DNA of 30,188 nucleotides from an uncultured Chroococcidiopsis sp. (GCA_964248365.1 CAXTYC010000051.1:1-30188); one strand, 5' to 3'; shown: positions 1 through 10,795, numbered from the stretch's first letter. The notes: a model not told the origin generated them from the letters alone. Program-made: numbers and translations.

Positions 1-467
1 GATTTGACCGTCGGCTCTGGCCAGAAGAACAAGGGGATGAGTTGGAGTCGCTTGGACAGACTGTCTAATCAACGAATAATTTACAGGTGGACTAAAAACA
101 TCGATTATTTCCAGTCAAAACCCGTTAATATTCCCAAGCTCACTATCCTCTTAGATCACGGCTATCACCCTCAATATCTCAGACAGGAGTTAGAAAAGGT
201 TTATCCCCAGATCATGACGAAAACTATGTTTGAACTTTCGACTAAACTATCGAAATTTGAAAAGAAGGTACAAGGAAAACTTGGGTTTGTTCCAGTCATA
301 GCGCGGTGGGTGATTGAGCGGTCAAATGCTTGGATGGAGAGATGCAAAATTCTTGTTAAAAACTTTGAGAGAACTCTCGCTAATGCGACTGCCAAGGTTA
401 ATCTTTGTTTTATTAGGCTGATGGTCAAGAGACTTGCAGCCTATTGTTAGATGTCAAATAGGTTCTA
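1..467 (+). mobile_element. IS5-family element, 3' part (transposase C-terminus 4-450 and right end)
   Basis: ORF contains RWVIERSNAWMERCKILVKNFER, typical of IS5 DDE C-termini. It ends at ...GATGTCAAATAGGTTCTA, after which IS630 coding sequence resumes. Confidence 0.8.
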
Positions 468-726
468 TAGAAGGCGAAGCCTACGCTAACATTAGCAAAC
501 TGATAGGGATCCATAAGTCTTGTATCACGGCGTGGAAGCAAAGATTTCTAGTTCAAGGCTTAGATGGAATTCTTCTGGGGTATCAAGGTGGAAAAAGTTA
601 TTTGACATCAGGGCAACGCTGTGAAATTGTCTATTGGCTCAAGGCTAGAGATTATTGGAATTTAGACGAATTAGTTAACTATTTAGATGAACAATATGGT
701 GTAATTTATCAATCCAAGCAGAGCTA

Positions 727-1427
727 TAGGAATCATACTTGATTTTTGAAAAAGACTACAAGATAATACCTCGGGTTACATCTGTCTAAGAGCGAACAAT
801 GATAAACCAGCATCTACAAACCGCGATTGCAGAACTACAAGAATTTATAGATGCTCGCCCAGATGCACGTGAGGTAAGGAAAGCGTTGGCAGTCAAACTG
901 GTTTATCAAGGCTACAAGTATGAGGAAATTCAAACAATTTTAGATGTATCACTTACTTCCCTACTTACAACTTGTTTGAAGCGGCAGGAATTAGTTGGAA
1001 AAAAACTACGTCTTTACATTTAGCGCCAAAAATAATTACCGGTCCGTCACAATAGATCTCCCGACTCAGACAGATAAACTTCAACACACGGACCGGTAAT
1101 TATTTTCAAGCTTCCTTTTTGAATCCAAAAGCTGACGAGGACGCTGTTGCTGAAAAAAAAAGAGATTTCTTGACTGTTGGCAAGTCGCCGAGAAGAAATA
1201 GAAGCAGGGCTATTGAGAGTTTTGCTACTTGCTCCCAACTATCCTTCCCAAAACCCTATAGAAGATATCTGGTTGCAAGCCAAAACTTGGGTTCGACGTT
1301 TGTGTGCTTTAATTCCAACATTCGCTCATTTAAAGTGGATGTTTGAGTGGTTTATTAAAAACACTACCTTTGATTTTATGGCTCTTCAGATGTACGGAGC
1401 TTTTTCAAAAATCAAATATTAGTCCTA
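727..1427 (+). mobile_element. Inner IS630-family element, internally deleted, inserted at TA
   Basis: Terminal inverted repeats TAGGAATCATACTTGATTTTTGAAAAAG / CTTTTTCAAAAATCAAATATTAGTCCTA (25/28 match). TA is duplicated at 725-726 and 1428-1429. Transposase fragments at 799-1015 and 1121-1422. Confidence 0.9.
1016..1120. mobile_element. ~105-bp MITE-like insertion inside the inner IS630
   Basis: Perfect 19-bp inverted repeat AAAATAATTACCGGTCCGT (1029-1047 / 1088-1106). Removing 1016-1120 restores the transposase reading SWKKTTSLNPKADEDAV. Confidence 0.75.
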
Positions 1428-2142
1428 TATTATGATTTGCTACTAGCCGCCGGTATTTTCTGGAAAAAATTTCAAAAGAGCAACCCAGCTTATAACCCAG
1501 AGTTAGTAAAAAAAAGAGACAAGAAATCATTGATTTTGTCAGGCTGAATTTTGCTGAAATTGAGGCATGACGGTTGGTTGTGCTTTTTGTAGATGAATGT
1601 CATTTACTTGGGGATGACGTTTGTGGGTACATTTGGGGTAAGGCAGATAGTCGAATTGAGATTCCTATTAAAAATCTCAAAGATAGGCAAACTTATTTTG
1701 GCGCTTTAGATTATCAAAAAAAGGAGTTTATTGTCCGAGATTATCCAGCCGGAAATTCAGAGAACACTGTCTCTTTCATTAAGTATTTACAGAATCAATA
1801 TGCAAAGAAAAAGAATTGCTTTGACTTGGGATGGGGCTGATTATCATAAGTCTGATGAAGTTAAAGCTTTCTTGGCAGCAGAAAACTTGCATTGTGAACC
1901 AGAACAATGGCGAATTACTTGTATTTTATTTGCTCCAAATGCACCCCAGCAGAATCCCATCGAAGATATTTGGTTACAGGGCAAGACATTGGTGAGAAAA
2001 TACTGGAATCTGTGCAAATATTTTTCGGTCATCAAGTGGCTATTTAAATTCTTCACTAATCACCAAAGGTTTGATTTTCCTAAGCTGCATCAGTATGTAC
2101 CTTGTTTTTAACTCGTTTAGGATTGCTATAGAAGATGTGAAA

Positions 2143-2253
2143 TGACACTAATCTGTCACTGACAATTCAACGACATCAATTTGTCCCCACGAGAAATAAT
2201 TAGTCGCAATGACATCAGTGTGTCACCGACGACAAATAATTAGTCACTGTACA
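2143..2253 (-). mobile_element. Tn7-like transposon end with ~5 TnsB-binding sites (type V-K CAST left-end-like)
   Basis: Minus strand reads TGTACAGTGACTAATTATTTGTCGTCGGTGACACACTGATGTCATTGCGAC. Repeated (T/C)GACA..GTC motifs occur at 2143, 2171, 2190, 2210 and 2230, with terminal TGTACA at 2248-2253. Confidence 0.85.
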
Positions 2254-2257
2254 ATAG

Positions 2258-2328
<71 letters not shown>

Positions 2329-2373
2329 GCCTTACGGCTCTAGACCTGCTCACTTTAAGCCAGGTTTAAGCCA

Positions 2374-3246
2374 ATGAGAGAGATCAAGCCTAATAATAAC
2401 AATGGTTCAGTACAGCTTCGGTTCAGCTTCGGGGGTAAACGCTATACCTTCAACCCGATCCCTGGTGGTTCTTACACCAACAAAAGGGACTTAGCTACTG
2501 CCAACGCGATCGCTACCAGAATACAAAATGACATACTAGCTGATTGCTTCGACCCTACCTTAGATCGGTATCGCTTAACCCCTAAAGCTCCACCGCTACC
2601 ACCAACACCACCCAAGCCCTCTACACTGCTGCAACTATGGGATGCTTGGGTTGCAACCTTGGACTTGCCAGCAGCAACCAAGGCTAACCATTATGAATGG
2701 GTTAGAAGAATGCTTGTCAAGACTAACCCTGGACTAACAGACACAGCATGGTTAACTCAGTCTAAGCTAGCACCAGCTACATTTAAAGATCGGCTCAGCT
2801 TGATCAAGTCTTGCAGCAGATGGGCTGTGAAAGAGGGCTTGCTTGAGAATAACCCCTTTGAGAATATTAAAACTCGGAAGGCAGATCCCAAGGAAGTTAA
2901 ACCATTCTCAGCCAAAGAGATCCAAGCTATCGTTGCAGGGTTTGAAGCGATCGCACCCCACTACGTCCCTTTTGTTCGGTTCCTGTTTATTAGTGGAGTT
3001 AGGATATCCGAAGCTATCGGACTCAAGTGGAGTCATATTGACTTCGACCGTAATGAGTTTACGATCCGTGAGTCTATGCCAAAAGATATTCTAGGCAATG
3101 GCTACAAGCGAGTTAGGAAGGGGACTAAGACAGGCTTCATCAGACATCTAACTATGAGTCCTGAGCTTAAGGCTTTACTGCTAGCTATCAAACCTCAGAA
3201 GAAGAATAACGCGGATGACTTGGTTTTCACTACGGTTGAAGGCTAA
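2374..3246 (+). pseudogene. Tyrosine recombinase/integrase with N-terminal arm-binding domain, C-terminally truncated
   Basis: Has box I (FLFISGVRISEAIGLKWSHID) and KGTKTG. The ORF stops at DDLVFTTVEG, before the HxxR motif and catalytic Tyr. Confidence 0.85.
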
Positions 3247-4625
3247 TAGCATTTGGTTTAACAGTGTATCTAGGTTAGGGTATTGAATAAACTTGCGGCT
3301 GCTAGGCTGCTGGGTGTTGACCACAACATTTATATTTTCCCTACCTACTATTTTTGAAAAGAAGTCAACTTCTGTTTGGCTCATGTCCGCATCCAAGGCT
3401 ACTATGTGCTTGGCACGGCGGCAAAGAAACATTATTGCCTCAACACACAGTCTGCGAGTCTTCTTTACCGCAGTATCTCCCATAAGGTGCTTCAAGACTT
3501 GGCTAGCTTCGTCAAAGACAATAACAGCATCTTTCCAGTACTCTAATGGTACTTTGTGCAGTGAGTCCAGTGTGACTGCTAGTTTCCTCTGCTCCTTATA
3601 GTTACCGCCTAAGTCTTCGTAGTAGGTTAGGTTCAGTTTAGCTGCCTGCTCATTCAGTAAAGTACAACGGTGTCCGATAGATAGGATCGGTACACGAGTC
3701 TCCTGCATTCGTTCAATAAAACCCTTGAGCGCTTTGGTTTTTCCAGTACCTTTCTGAGACGTTCAGAAGCAGATGTGGTTTACCGTCAAATGGTAGCTCT
3801 TGGACGTATCTTTGGGTAATGGTTCGGTCAGGTTGCTTAATAACGTATTGCTCTAGGATGTTGTTACTGCGATCGCGGTAGGCTATGGCTGACTCAAGCC
3901 CCGTATCGAGCGCTCGTAGTATTGAACCAGACATATCACCTAACCCGCAAGCCTTAGCACCTTTAAGGAGGGTGTTGAAAGCCTCTGTTACATCCAAACC
4001 GCGTAGTAGGTGTTTACGGGCTAAGTCACATTTTGTGCGCCACAAGGTATTATCCCTACCTCCTTCAGTAGTATTAGCTACCACCTTGTAAGCTTCAGCT
4101 AGTGCCTTGGTCTGCTCAGTTGTGGCTAAGGTTCGGGGTTTACTTGCTTTAACCTTCTCACTCAACCCCTCTAGCGATATACCTTTGCTAGTTCCCTTAG
4201 CTAGGTTTTTGCGACTAAAACTAGAGCTAACGTTAACAACAGGGATGAACTTACGCAGTTTATCGTAACTGGTTCTTACTCCTGAGTTATAGAAAATACG
4301 GCTAAGCTTAGGCTCCAGCCCTAGCTGGTGATGATAGAAACCAGGTAAGTGCATAGGCTGACAGGCTTTAGCCATAGAAGGGTCACTCTTACAGTAAGTG
4401 GCTACATCTTTGGCTAATATTGTCCCTCGTGCGGGATCAACAGGCTGTCTAAAATAACGTAAAAGTGTAAGGACTTCCTGCCAGTGTCAACTACCAAACT
4501 GATAAAACCATAAAGCCCTAGTTCCTTCACCTTTTCCCACTGTTCATCTTTGGGTATATCATCCCATTCAAAGGCTATAGCTCGGACTGTAGTAGTTGAG
4601 GCTAAGTCATGCCCACCATTAGTAG
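3247..4625 (-). pseudogene. RepB-type primase fused to a helicase-like (CyRepA1-like) replication protein, frameshifted and truncated
   Basis: Manual translation across frames gives NGGHD..RAIAFEWDD..VDTGRKSLHFY / SDPSM..MHLPGFYH / Walker A SQKGTGKT (at a 1-nt frameshift near 3765) / Walker B VIVFDEASQVLKHL / ALDADMS. Confidence 0.75.
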
Positions 4626-4635
4626 GTATTAGGAG

Positions 4636-4857
4636 ATGGCAGTGATAGTACAGCTTAAGGCGTTACGCTTACGCAAAGAAATATCTCAAAACGAGTTAGC
4701 ACGTAGGCTAGAGATGTCTTTAGCTAACGTGCAAAAGATCGAACACAACAAAGCTAAGTCAATCCCCTTGGACACAATAGACCAACTTTGTGAGGTGTTA
4801 GAGTGTGAAGTGGGTGAGTTACTGGTGCGTGTCCCTGATGCGGTTGACAACCTCTAG
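4636..4857 (+). CDS. Xre/Cro-C1 helix-turn-helix regulator
   Basis: LRLRKEISQNELARRLEMSLANVQKIE...TIDQLCEVLECEVGELL. Confidence 0.9.
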   Translation: MAVIVQLKALRLRKEISQNELARRLEMSLANVQKIEHNKAKSIPLDTIDQLCEVLECEVGELLVRVPDAVDNL

Positions 4858-4881
4858 GAAAGCGTGATCACGTCCTGTTAC

Positions 4882-5157
4882 ATGAACTATAAACTTTCTC
4901 ACCATGCCCAAACACAGATAACAGCCAGGGGTATTTCTTTAGAACTTATACAGTCTGTGATGATATCCCCAGGTCAGGTTGTTGCTGATGCCACAAAGGG
5001 AGTTGTCTATCAGTCTAAGTTCACAGGTAGAAGCGGTAGACCCTTTTTGCTCAGAGTCTGTGTGGATGACAGCACTAACCCAGTTACAGTCAAAACGGTA
5101 TATGTTCCAATAGGATCGGTAAATATTGGAGGGATACATGAAAGGACATTACGATAA
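4882..5157 (+). pseudogene. DUF4258-like putative toxin, frameshifted near its 3' end
   Basis: LSHHA..I..RGIS and LLRVCVD..P..VKTVY motifs. The expected tail RIGKYWRDT* lies in another frame ending at 5141. Confidence 0.65.
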
Positions 5158-5218
5158 AGATATAGACGCTCTGGCTATACACTGGAGTGACACAAGGATC
5201 GAAGAAAGCGACGAGTAG
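5138..5218 (+). pseudogene. DUF2283-like putative antitoxin, N-terminal fragment
   Basis: MKGHYDKDIDALAIHWSDTRIEESDE*. Its ATG overlaps the alternative-frame TGA of the DUF4258-like gene (ATGA). Confidence 0.6.
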
Positions 5219-5238
5219 TTAGTTTGGAAAGTATTACA

Positions 5239-5655
5239 CTATTGCTTGTACTTCCCGTTCCAATCCGCTCTTTCATCTAGGAAGTCTACCATTATAGCCT
5301 TACGCTTACTTTTATTAACTTTGTTTTCGTTCACTTGCCATTCATGATCCCTAGTTTGTTTAGCTCTAGAGATGTCCGTCATGTCTGGTATATCTTCTAG
5401 CTTCACATCACCGCTAGCTATGCGTCGGTTCAACTCTCGCCTCATAATATAAGCCTTTCTACGGTAATACTCATTCCAAAAGCGAGCATTCCAGCCATTA
5501 AACCAGTCCCTACCATACTCATTTGAGGCTATGGGTATACCAAACTCAGCTTTTTTACCTGTATCCGGATGTACCCCAGGAGGATGTAATAACGAGTAAA
5601 GCTTTTTACTTGTAGCATTATGCGCCCCTGCTGGTAGCATGACTAGCTTGCGCAA
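5239..5655 (-). CDS. Hypothetical protein, possibly the C-terminal part of an HNH/EndoVII (LHH-like) nuclease
   Basis: Spacing LVML...H......LLH...RDWFNGW...FW resembles LHH C-termini. The N-terminal motif is absent. Confidence 0.35.
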   Translation of the reverse strand: MRKLVMLPAGAHNATSKKLYSLLHPPGVHPDTGKKAEFGIPIASNEYGRDWFNGWNARFWNEYYRRKAYIMRRELNRRIASGDVKLEDIPDMTDISRAKQTRDHEWQVNENKVNKSKRKAIMVDFLDERADWNGKYKQ

Positions 5656-6274
5656 AAGCTTTGAGGTTCTTAGGTAGCTTTCTTAGCCAGTTTAAGCCAT
5701 CCTCTAGGTTTCTCAAGGCTTGGGCTTGGGTGTACTCCAGGTTCTGCCCTAGCTGGGAGCCATCGATCCAGTAGGGGCTATTAGGGTCATCATTAAACGA
5801 TATTGCTAAAGTATTACGCGGTAAGCTTTCTGGGCTTTCAAAGGCTATTTGTAGATATTGCTCTCTAGGCTCAACTGGAATATACTGAAACCTTTGATCT
5901 ACGGTACTTTGGCTATTTTCCTGAGCGCTGTAAGGCTTATCATTTGGTAAGTTACTGGAATATACTACTTCAACCCTATATTTAGTTTCAAACTCTACCT
6001 CGATCTGTTCTGAAGGCTATTTAGTTGTGGGTTCATTCCCACATGAATGCTGCTGTGTTGTGTGCTGATATGGCAACCCTACCCATTTATTGAAAGAGTC
6101 TGTAGTCATCAACTGTTGAGGCTGGGGCTGCTCTAGGCTATCTTCAGTCGCGATCGCTGTCAGTCGGTTGTATTCGGCTTGTAAGGTATCAAAACTAGCA
6201 TTCAGCTTGACTTGTACATCTAAACCTTGGGTACGGAAGGCTTTTAGTGCACCTTGCAACTCTCTATATGTCAT
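5618..6274 (-). pseudogene. Hypothetical island protein with in-frame stop at 6017-6019
   Basis: The 85-aa ORF ends in TAG, but the same frame stays open for ~130 more codons (PSEQIEVEFETKY...LNWLRKLPKNLKAF). Confidence 0.5.
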
Positions 6275-6402
6275 TGTAAGAAGTCCTTTGAGGCTCTATG
6301 TGTTTCTGTGGTGATCTTGCCTCATCTTGTATCTATACTAACTTAGTGTACTCAGATGTCAATAGCCTTTACCCAAGGTTTATATAAGCTAGCTAGTATC
6401 CC

Positions 6403-6690
6403 TTAGCTCACCCCAAGATCATCACAAGCTTGGTCTAGTAGGGTGCGGATGATGGTGCTAAGGTTTAGCTCTAGCTGCTGTGATAGAGCTTGATACCGTG
6501 CCTTTTCTTCGGGTGATACTTTGAAGCTCATCAATACACTCTTGCGATCATGATCTGTTAGGGTAGTTGCCATACCAGACATTCTGAAGGCTAAGGCTGC
6601 TTGGGCTTTGTGAGTGTCAGTTGCGATCGCTATCATGTCCTGAGTGGTTAGTTTACTCATGGGTTGTCCTAACTGTCCTAAAGGTTCCAC
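6403..6690 (-). CDS. Ribbon-helix-helix (CopG-like) small DNA-binding protein
   Basis: C-terminal SVLMSFKVSPEEKARYQALSQQLELNLSTIIRTLLDQ has a strand-helix-helix pattern. Confidence 0.55.
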   Translation of the reverse strand: MEPLGQLGQPMSKLTTQDMIAIATDTHKAQAALAFRMSGMATTLTDHDRKSVLMSFKVSPEEKARYQALSQQLELNLSTIIRTLLDQACDDLGVS

Positions 6691-6925
6691 TCCTACCTTG
6701 TCTATACCTGCTGTAGGGATAGGCAGTGTAAGGGTAGCCTTGGCTTAAACCTGGCATATTACACCACTGGCTGAACTACTTCGGTTAAAGCTAGTCCATA
6801 ATGCTCTGGTCAACCCTACTAGGATGCGCGAGATTGAAAGCTGAAATGGCTTAAACTAGGGTTGTAGTTAAGCCACGTTTAAGCCAGTAAAGTGGACTTA
6901 GGGTAGTAAAAAGCGCCAACAGGTA

Positions 6926-6999
<74 letters not shown>

Positions 7000-7209
7000 G
7001 CCGGAAAGATTAGTTTAGCACAAGTCCTATCCAAGTTGCAATATTAGGCGTGGTGGCGATCTTGTCTAAATGTAAAAAAATATCAGCTTTTGGGGGGAAA
7101 ATAATTGTTTTTCACAAAAATATGTTACTTCCCTATCTCTAGAGATATAGCAGTTGGGATAAAATTTTTTAATATTTGTAAAGTTAAATAAATAATTTTA
7201 CCAGGTAAA

Positions 7210-7986
7210 ATGTCAACTGCTTTAATTACAGGAGCATCGGCGGGAATTGGTGCTGTCTTTGCCCGCGAGTTAGCTGCCAGAAAGACGAATTTAGTTTTAG
7301 TGGCTCGTTCAGAAGATAAACTTAAACAGATCGCGTCAGAGTTGCGCTCGCAATACAACATTCAAGTAGACGTAATAGTTCAAGATCTAACAGCATCTGA
7401 TGCTGCCAAAAATGTATTTGAAACCGTTACCCAAAAAGGGCTGACAATTGATTTGTTAGTTAATAATGCTGGTTTTGGTGATTACGGGGATTTTGCTGAA
7501 CTAGACGGGGAAAGGCAAATCAAGATAGTGCAGTTGAATATCTTGGCATTAGTAGATCTAACCCACAAATTTTTACCAGGTATGCGATCGCGCCGCCGTG
7601 GTGGTATCATCAATATGTCATCAACCGCAGCATTTCAAGCGATGCCTTACTTTTCTGTCTATGCTGCTAGCAAAGCTTTTGTCCTGAGTTTTAGTGAGGC
7701 ATTATGGGCAGAGAATCGTAGTTATCAGGTGCGTGTTTTAGCCGTTTGCCCTGGACCTACAGACACGAAGTTTTTCCAAGATGCTAAGTTTTCCCCATCT
7801 CTGGCAAATCTGGCGGCACAAAATTACATTTCTCCAGAAGAGGTGGTACGTGAAGCGCTGCATGGATTAGAGAAGGATCATCCGACCGTGATACCTGGAA
7901 TCAAGAATCAATTACAGGTGAATATACCCCGATTTTTGCCGCGAGAAACTATAGCAACCGTTGTAGAAAAGCTATTTAGGACTTAA
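7210..7986 (+). CDS. Short-chain dehydrogenase/reductase (SDR)
   Basis: TGASAGIG, NNAG and YAASK motifs. Confidence 0.95.
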   Translation: MSTALITGASAGIGAVFARELAARKTNLVLVARSEDKLKQIASELRSQYNIQVDVIVQDLTASDAAKNVFETVTQKGLTIDLLVNNAGFGDYGDFAELDGERQIKIVQLNILALVDLTHKFLPGMRSRRRGGIINMSSTAAFQAMPYFSVYAASKAFVLSFSEALWAENRSYQVRVLAVCPGPTDTKFFQDAKFSPSLANLAAQNYISPEEVVREALHGLEKDHPTVIPGIKNQLQVNIPRFLPRETIATVVEKLFRT

Positions 7987-8305
7987 GTTAAGTATAGAGA
8001 ATGGGTAGCCCTAAATATGTAATGATGGCGACATAATCATTACATTACTGCTTTGGGGGGCAAGATTATCTGCCTATTTTCTCGCCCAGCCTCCTTTGAG
8101 CCTCCCGCCTCAGATGCCTACGCTACCTGTAGGCGACAATAAGTAATCTTTATGGGGAAAAAAGTAGGAATACCCGATTAAAACATAATTAACAAACTCA
8201 GTTTATTGGGTGTATAGTCATAGAATCTTTCCAAATTGGCGATCGCGTAGGAGTTATACGCTAAGGTCAAAATATGTAAGCTTATTACCTCATGCTAATG
8301 ACCTG

Positions 8306-8959
8306 ATGTTGACAAAAGCTTGGGATACAACTGCTGATTGCACAGTAGGATTATTACTACACTACATTTTTGACTTGGGTGGTTATTCTGCCCGTGAGTT
8401 AGTTGCACATTGGATCGCTCACTATCCAGCCAACTGGGTGCGCTTAGCTGTAATAGAGGCACTTTACCAAGGTCGTTATAAAGCTATTTCTGTGCAGCAG
8501 ATTTTAGGCTTGTGGCAGCGGCGGGGTCAGGTGCGGCAACATTTTAACTGTGAATTTGAGCGCCTTGTGTGTGGTAACATTCAGCCTAGACTAACCAGGC
8601 AACTCAATCCTAATCCTACAGCCAATTCTTATGCGCTAGCTCCCAAGAGCGCAGCTGATGTAAATCATAGCGATCGCCTCCCTGCTAAGGGAACTGACGC
8701 AAGCACTGTTAGGTCAACGCCCATACAAATTGTTGACATTACTGCCTCTGTTGTGCCTACAACTCCTCAACCAAAGCCAGCAGCGAACCAGAGCAAGCAT
8801 TATCAGCCAAGTAGCTATAATCAAAAGCCACATATAGGTAGTCTGCCGCCTGCCAAAGCTTGTAGCACCAAACAGCAACCAATTCGGCAGTTTAACCCCC
8901 AGACAGCCAAATCTTCTGATTTTTACAGTAAGCTCAAAGCAATTTCCCAGCACAACTAG
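8306..8959 (+). CDS. Conserved cyanobacterial hypothetical protein (start uncertain; ORF open from 8210)
   Basis: WVRLAVIEALYQGRYKAISVQQIL..WQRRG domain followed by a low-complexity tail ending FYSKLKAI. Confidence 0.7.
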   Translation: MLTKAWDTTADCTVGLLLHYIFDLGGYSARELVAHWIAHYPANWVRLAVIEALYQGRYKAISVQQILGLWQRRGQVRQHFNCEFERLVCGNIQPRLTRQLNPNPTANSYALAPKSAADVNHSDRLPAKGTDASTVRSTPIQIVDITASVVPTTPQPKPAANQSKHYQPSSYNQKPHIGSLPPAKACSTKQQPIRQFNPQTAKSSDFYSKLKAISQHN

Positions 8960-9113
8960 GGGCTAGGGGCTAGCCCAGCGCGTGAGAGCAAAAGGGAGCA
9001 AAAGGAGGCAAAAGGGAGAAAGTGCCTTCAAATTTCTTGACTTGAAAGCAGGAATATGGTATTATTACCATCCTCAGCTCCCCCCAGCTTCCTTTTGCTC
9101 CCCCATCTCTCCC

Positions 9114-9698
9114 CTAGCCTCTAGCCTCTAGTTCCTCTAGCCCCTGATTAAATGCTTCGACTGCTTTAGCTGATGGCTGCACTCCTCCCATACGAATTTC
9201 AGAGGTGAAGGAAGCCATGCTAAAGCCACCGAATCGCTTTAAAACACTAACCCGCATCCGCAAATTGGGACTAGCAAACCATAGCCGCTCTTCGGAAGAC
9301 ATAGTTTCATATTCAGTAATCAACGTTAGCGCTTTATCGCTGCCCATGATATAGCGTCCTGCCACTGGTGTCTTTTCGGCATAACCCATTTCACGCAGTA
9401 ACTTGCCTTGAGCGGGATTATCTGCATCAGCGACGGGAACTAATACTGTAGAACCAGAATGTTTTTCTTCATCCCATTCCATCGTGCCGTTCCAGGTTAC
9501 TCGCGCCCCACAAATGGCTTGATTCGGATCTACTTCATACTGCTGACAAAGTTTAACGACTTCTGCATGATCCGGCGGCAGCATTTCAATAGTAATGTCT
9601 GATTTGCCATCCTCGGCTTGCTTGAAAGCCAAATGATGGCTGGTGCGGTGTGAAAACCATTTACCAGCACTCAGCTCGAAAAATTCTTGAATATCCAT
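9114..9698 (-). CDS. cpcS: Phycobiliprotein lyase, CpcS/CpeS family
   Basis: [27 protein letters not shown]...[14 protein letters not shown]...SEIRMG. Confidence 0.9.
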   Translation of the reverse strand: MDIQEFFELSAGKWFSHRTSHHLAFKQAEDGKSDITIEMLPPDHAEVVKLCQQYEVDPNQAICGARVTWNGTMEWDEEKHSGSTVLVPVADADNPAQGKLLREMGYAEKTPVAGRYIMGSDKALTLITEYETMSSEERLWFASPNLRMRVSVLKRFGGFSMASFTSEIRMGGVQPSAKAVEAFNQGLEELEARG

Positions 9699-9871
9699 GA
9701 AACTATTTATCCTAAGTCAACTCTTAAAATCCCTTTTTTTAGGGTAGCAACATGAGGGGCTAGGGGTGAGGGGTGAGGGGGAGAGAGGGTGAGGGGGTGA
9801 GGGGGTGAGGGGAAGTTGGGGAAGCTGGGGGAGCAAAGGGAAATTCTACCCACCACTAGCCACTGGTTCCA

Positions 9872-10549
9872 CTAGCCTAAGCGCCCCTCTTCTAGTCGTT
9901 GGAGAGAAATGCTTGCCGCTTGGGCAACTTGGGGATGGCTGTCTTTTTCTAGGTATTTTAGGGCAGAAATGCTTTTGGGTGTGGGAAGATTACCAAGTGA
10001 TTCTGCTAGACGTTGCCGTACCAGCCAATCAGAAGATTGGGCAAAGCGGAGGATGTGATCGACAGATTCTAAATCTTTGATTTCACCTAAAGCAGAAATC
10101 GCTGCCTGTTGCACTACCACTTCTTTACTATCCAACGCTTGAAGCAGTACGTCATGGGCGCGGGGATCTTTGAGATTGCCTAATGACACTGCGGCACTGA
10201 AACGCACTAGCCATTCTGTGTCTTCGTAGAAAGCTCTAACTAAAGGTTCAAAGGCTCTTATATCGCCCAAATAGCCCAACGCCCCAGCAGCGTCTGCCCG
10301 AATACCGTAATCTGGATCTGTTTCCAGTAAGCGTACCAAAATCGGATAACATTCATCTGTATGTTTAATGCCCAAGGCAAATACAGCCATTGAGCGAATT
10401 TGCAAAATTTCGTCATTTAATACTTTTTTAATCAAAGGCACAGCCTCGACAGATGGCAGATGGCGCAGCGAAGCAAGAGCCAACATCCGATCGCGTGAAT
10501 TAGGGCTTTCTAGTTGATCTGAAATTTCTTTTATGCTGGGATAAGCCAT
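9872..10549 (-). CDS. nblB: HEAT-repeat phycobilisome degradation protein, NblB-like
   Basis: Tandem PBS-lyase HEAT repeats (IRSMAVFALG, IRADAAGALG, VRFSAAVSLG, VRQRLAESLG). Confidence 0.8.
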   Translation of the reverse strand: MAYPSIKEISDQLESPNSRDRMLALASLRHLPSVEAVPLIKKVLNDEILQIRSMAVFALGIKHTDECYPILVRLLETDPDYGIRADAAGALGYLGDIRAFEPLVRAFYEDTEWLVRFSAAVSLGNLKDPRAHDVLLQALDSKEVVVQQAAISALGEIKDLESVDHILRFAQSSDWLVRQRLAESLGNLPTPKSISALKYLEKDSHPQVAQAASISLQRLEEGRLG

Positions 10550-10678
10550 ATACTTAAAGTTACCTTTTACTATTTTCTAGTCTAGAATTATCATTTTTGG
10601 TGTATGTAGATACATTCTCCCAAGGCAGGAATTTTTAGAAGAATGGGTAATAACAGTTACCAGTTACCAGTTACCAAG

Positions 10679-10755
10679 TACCGTACGCGCGGGTTGATCA
10701 GACATACTTGTGAACCTTCAGATAACTCGTTTAAAGTGCGCCCCTACCAACTACC
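10679..10755. repeat. 77-bp dispersed REPIN-like repeat, copy 1
   Basis: 76/77 identical to 14577-14653. Confidence 0.9.
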
Positions 10756-10795
10756 TGTACAGACGTAGCACTGCGCTCGTCTCTACCATCCCAAT

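Larger units (their letters stand above)
468..2128 (+). mobile_element. Outer IS630-family element, interrupted and frameshifted (left end outside window)
   Basis: HTH segment 468-726 (WNLDELVNYL..YGVIYQSKQSY) continues at 1430 (YDLLLAAGIFWKK), then DDE motifs VDECH, WDGADYH and APNAPQQNPIEDIW. Right end is ...TTTAGGATTGCTA followed by TA. Confidence 0.85.

Noticed and set aside
2143..2253. Possible CRISPR array (regularly spaced repeats)
   Set aside because: Units are ~17 bp, degenerate and nearly adjacent with no unique spacers. They fit TnsB-binding sites.
2329..6921. Island as recently acquired non-cyanobacterial DNA
   Set aside because: It contains several HIP1 GCGATCGC sites (near 2506, 2948, 3869, 6150, 6623), consistent with long residence in cyanobacteria.
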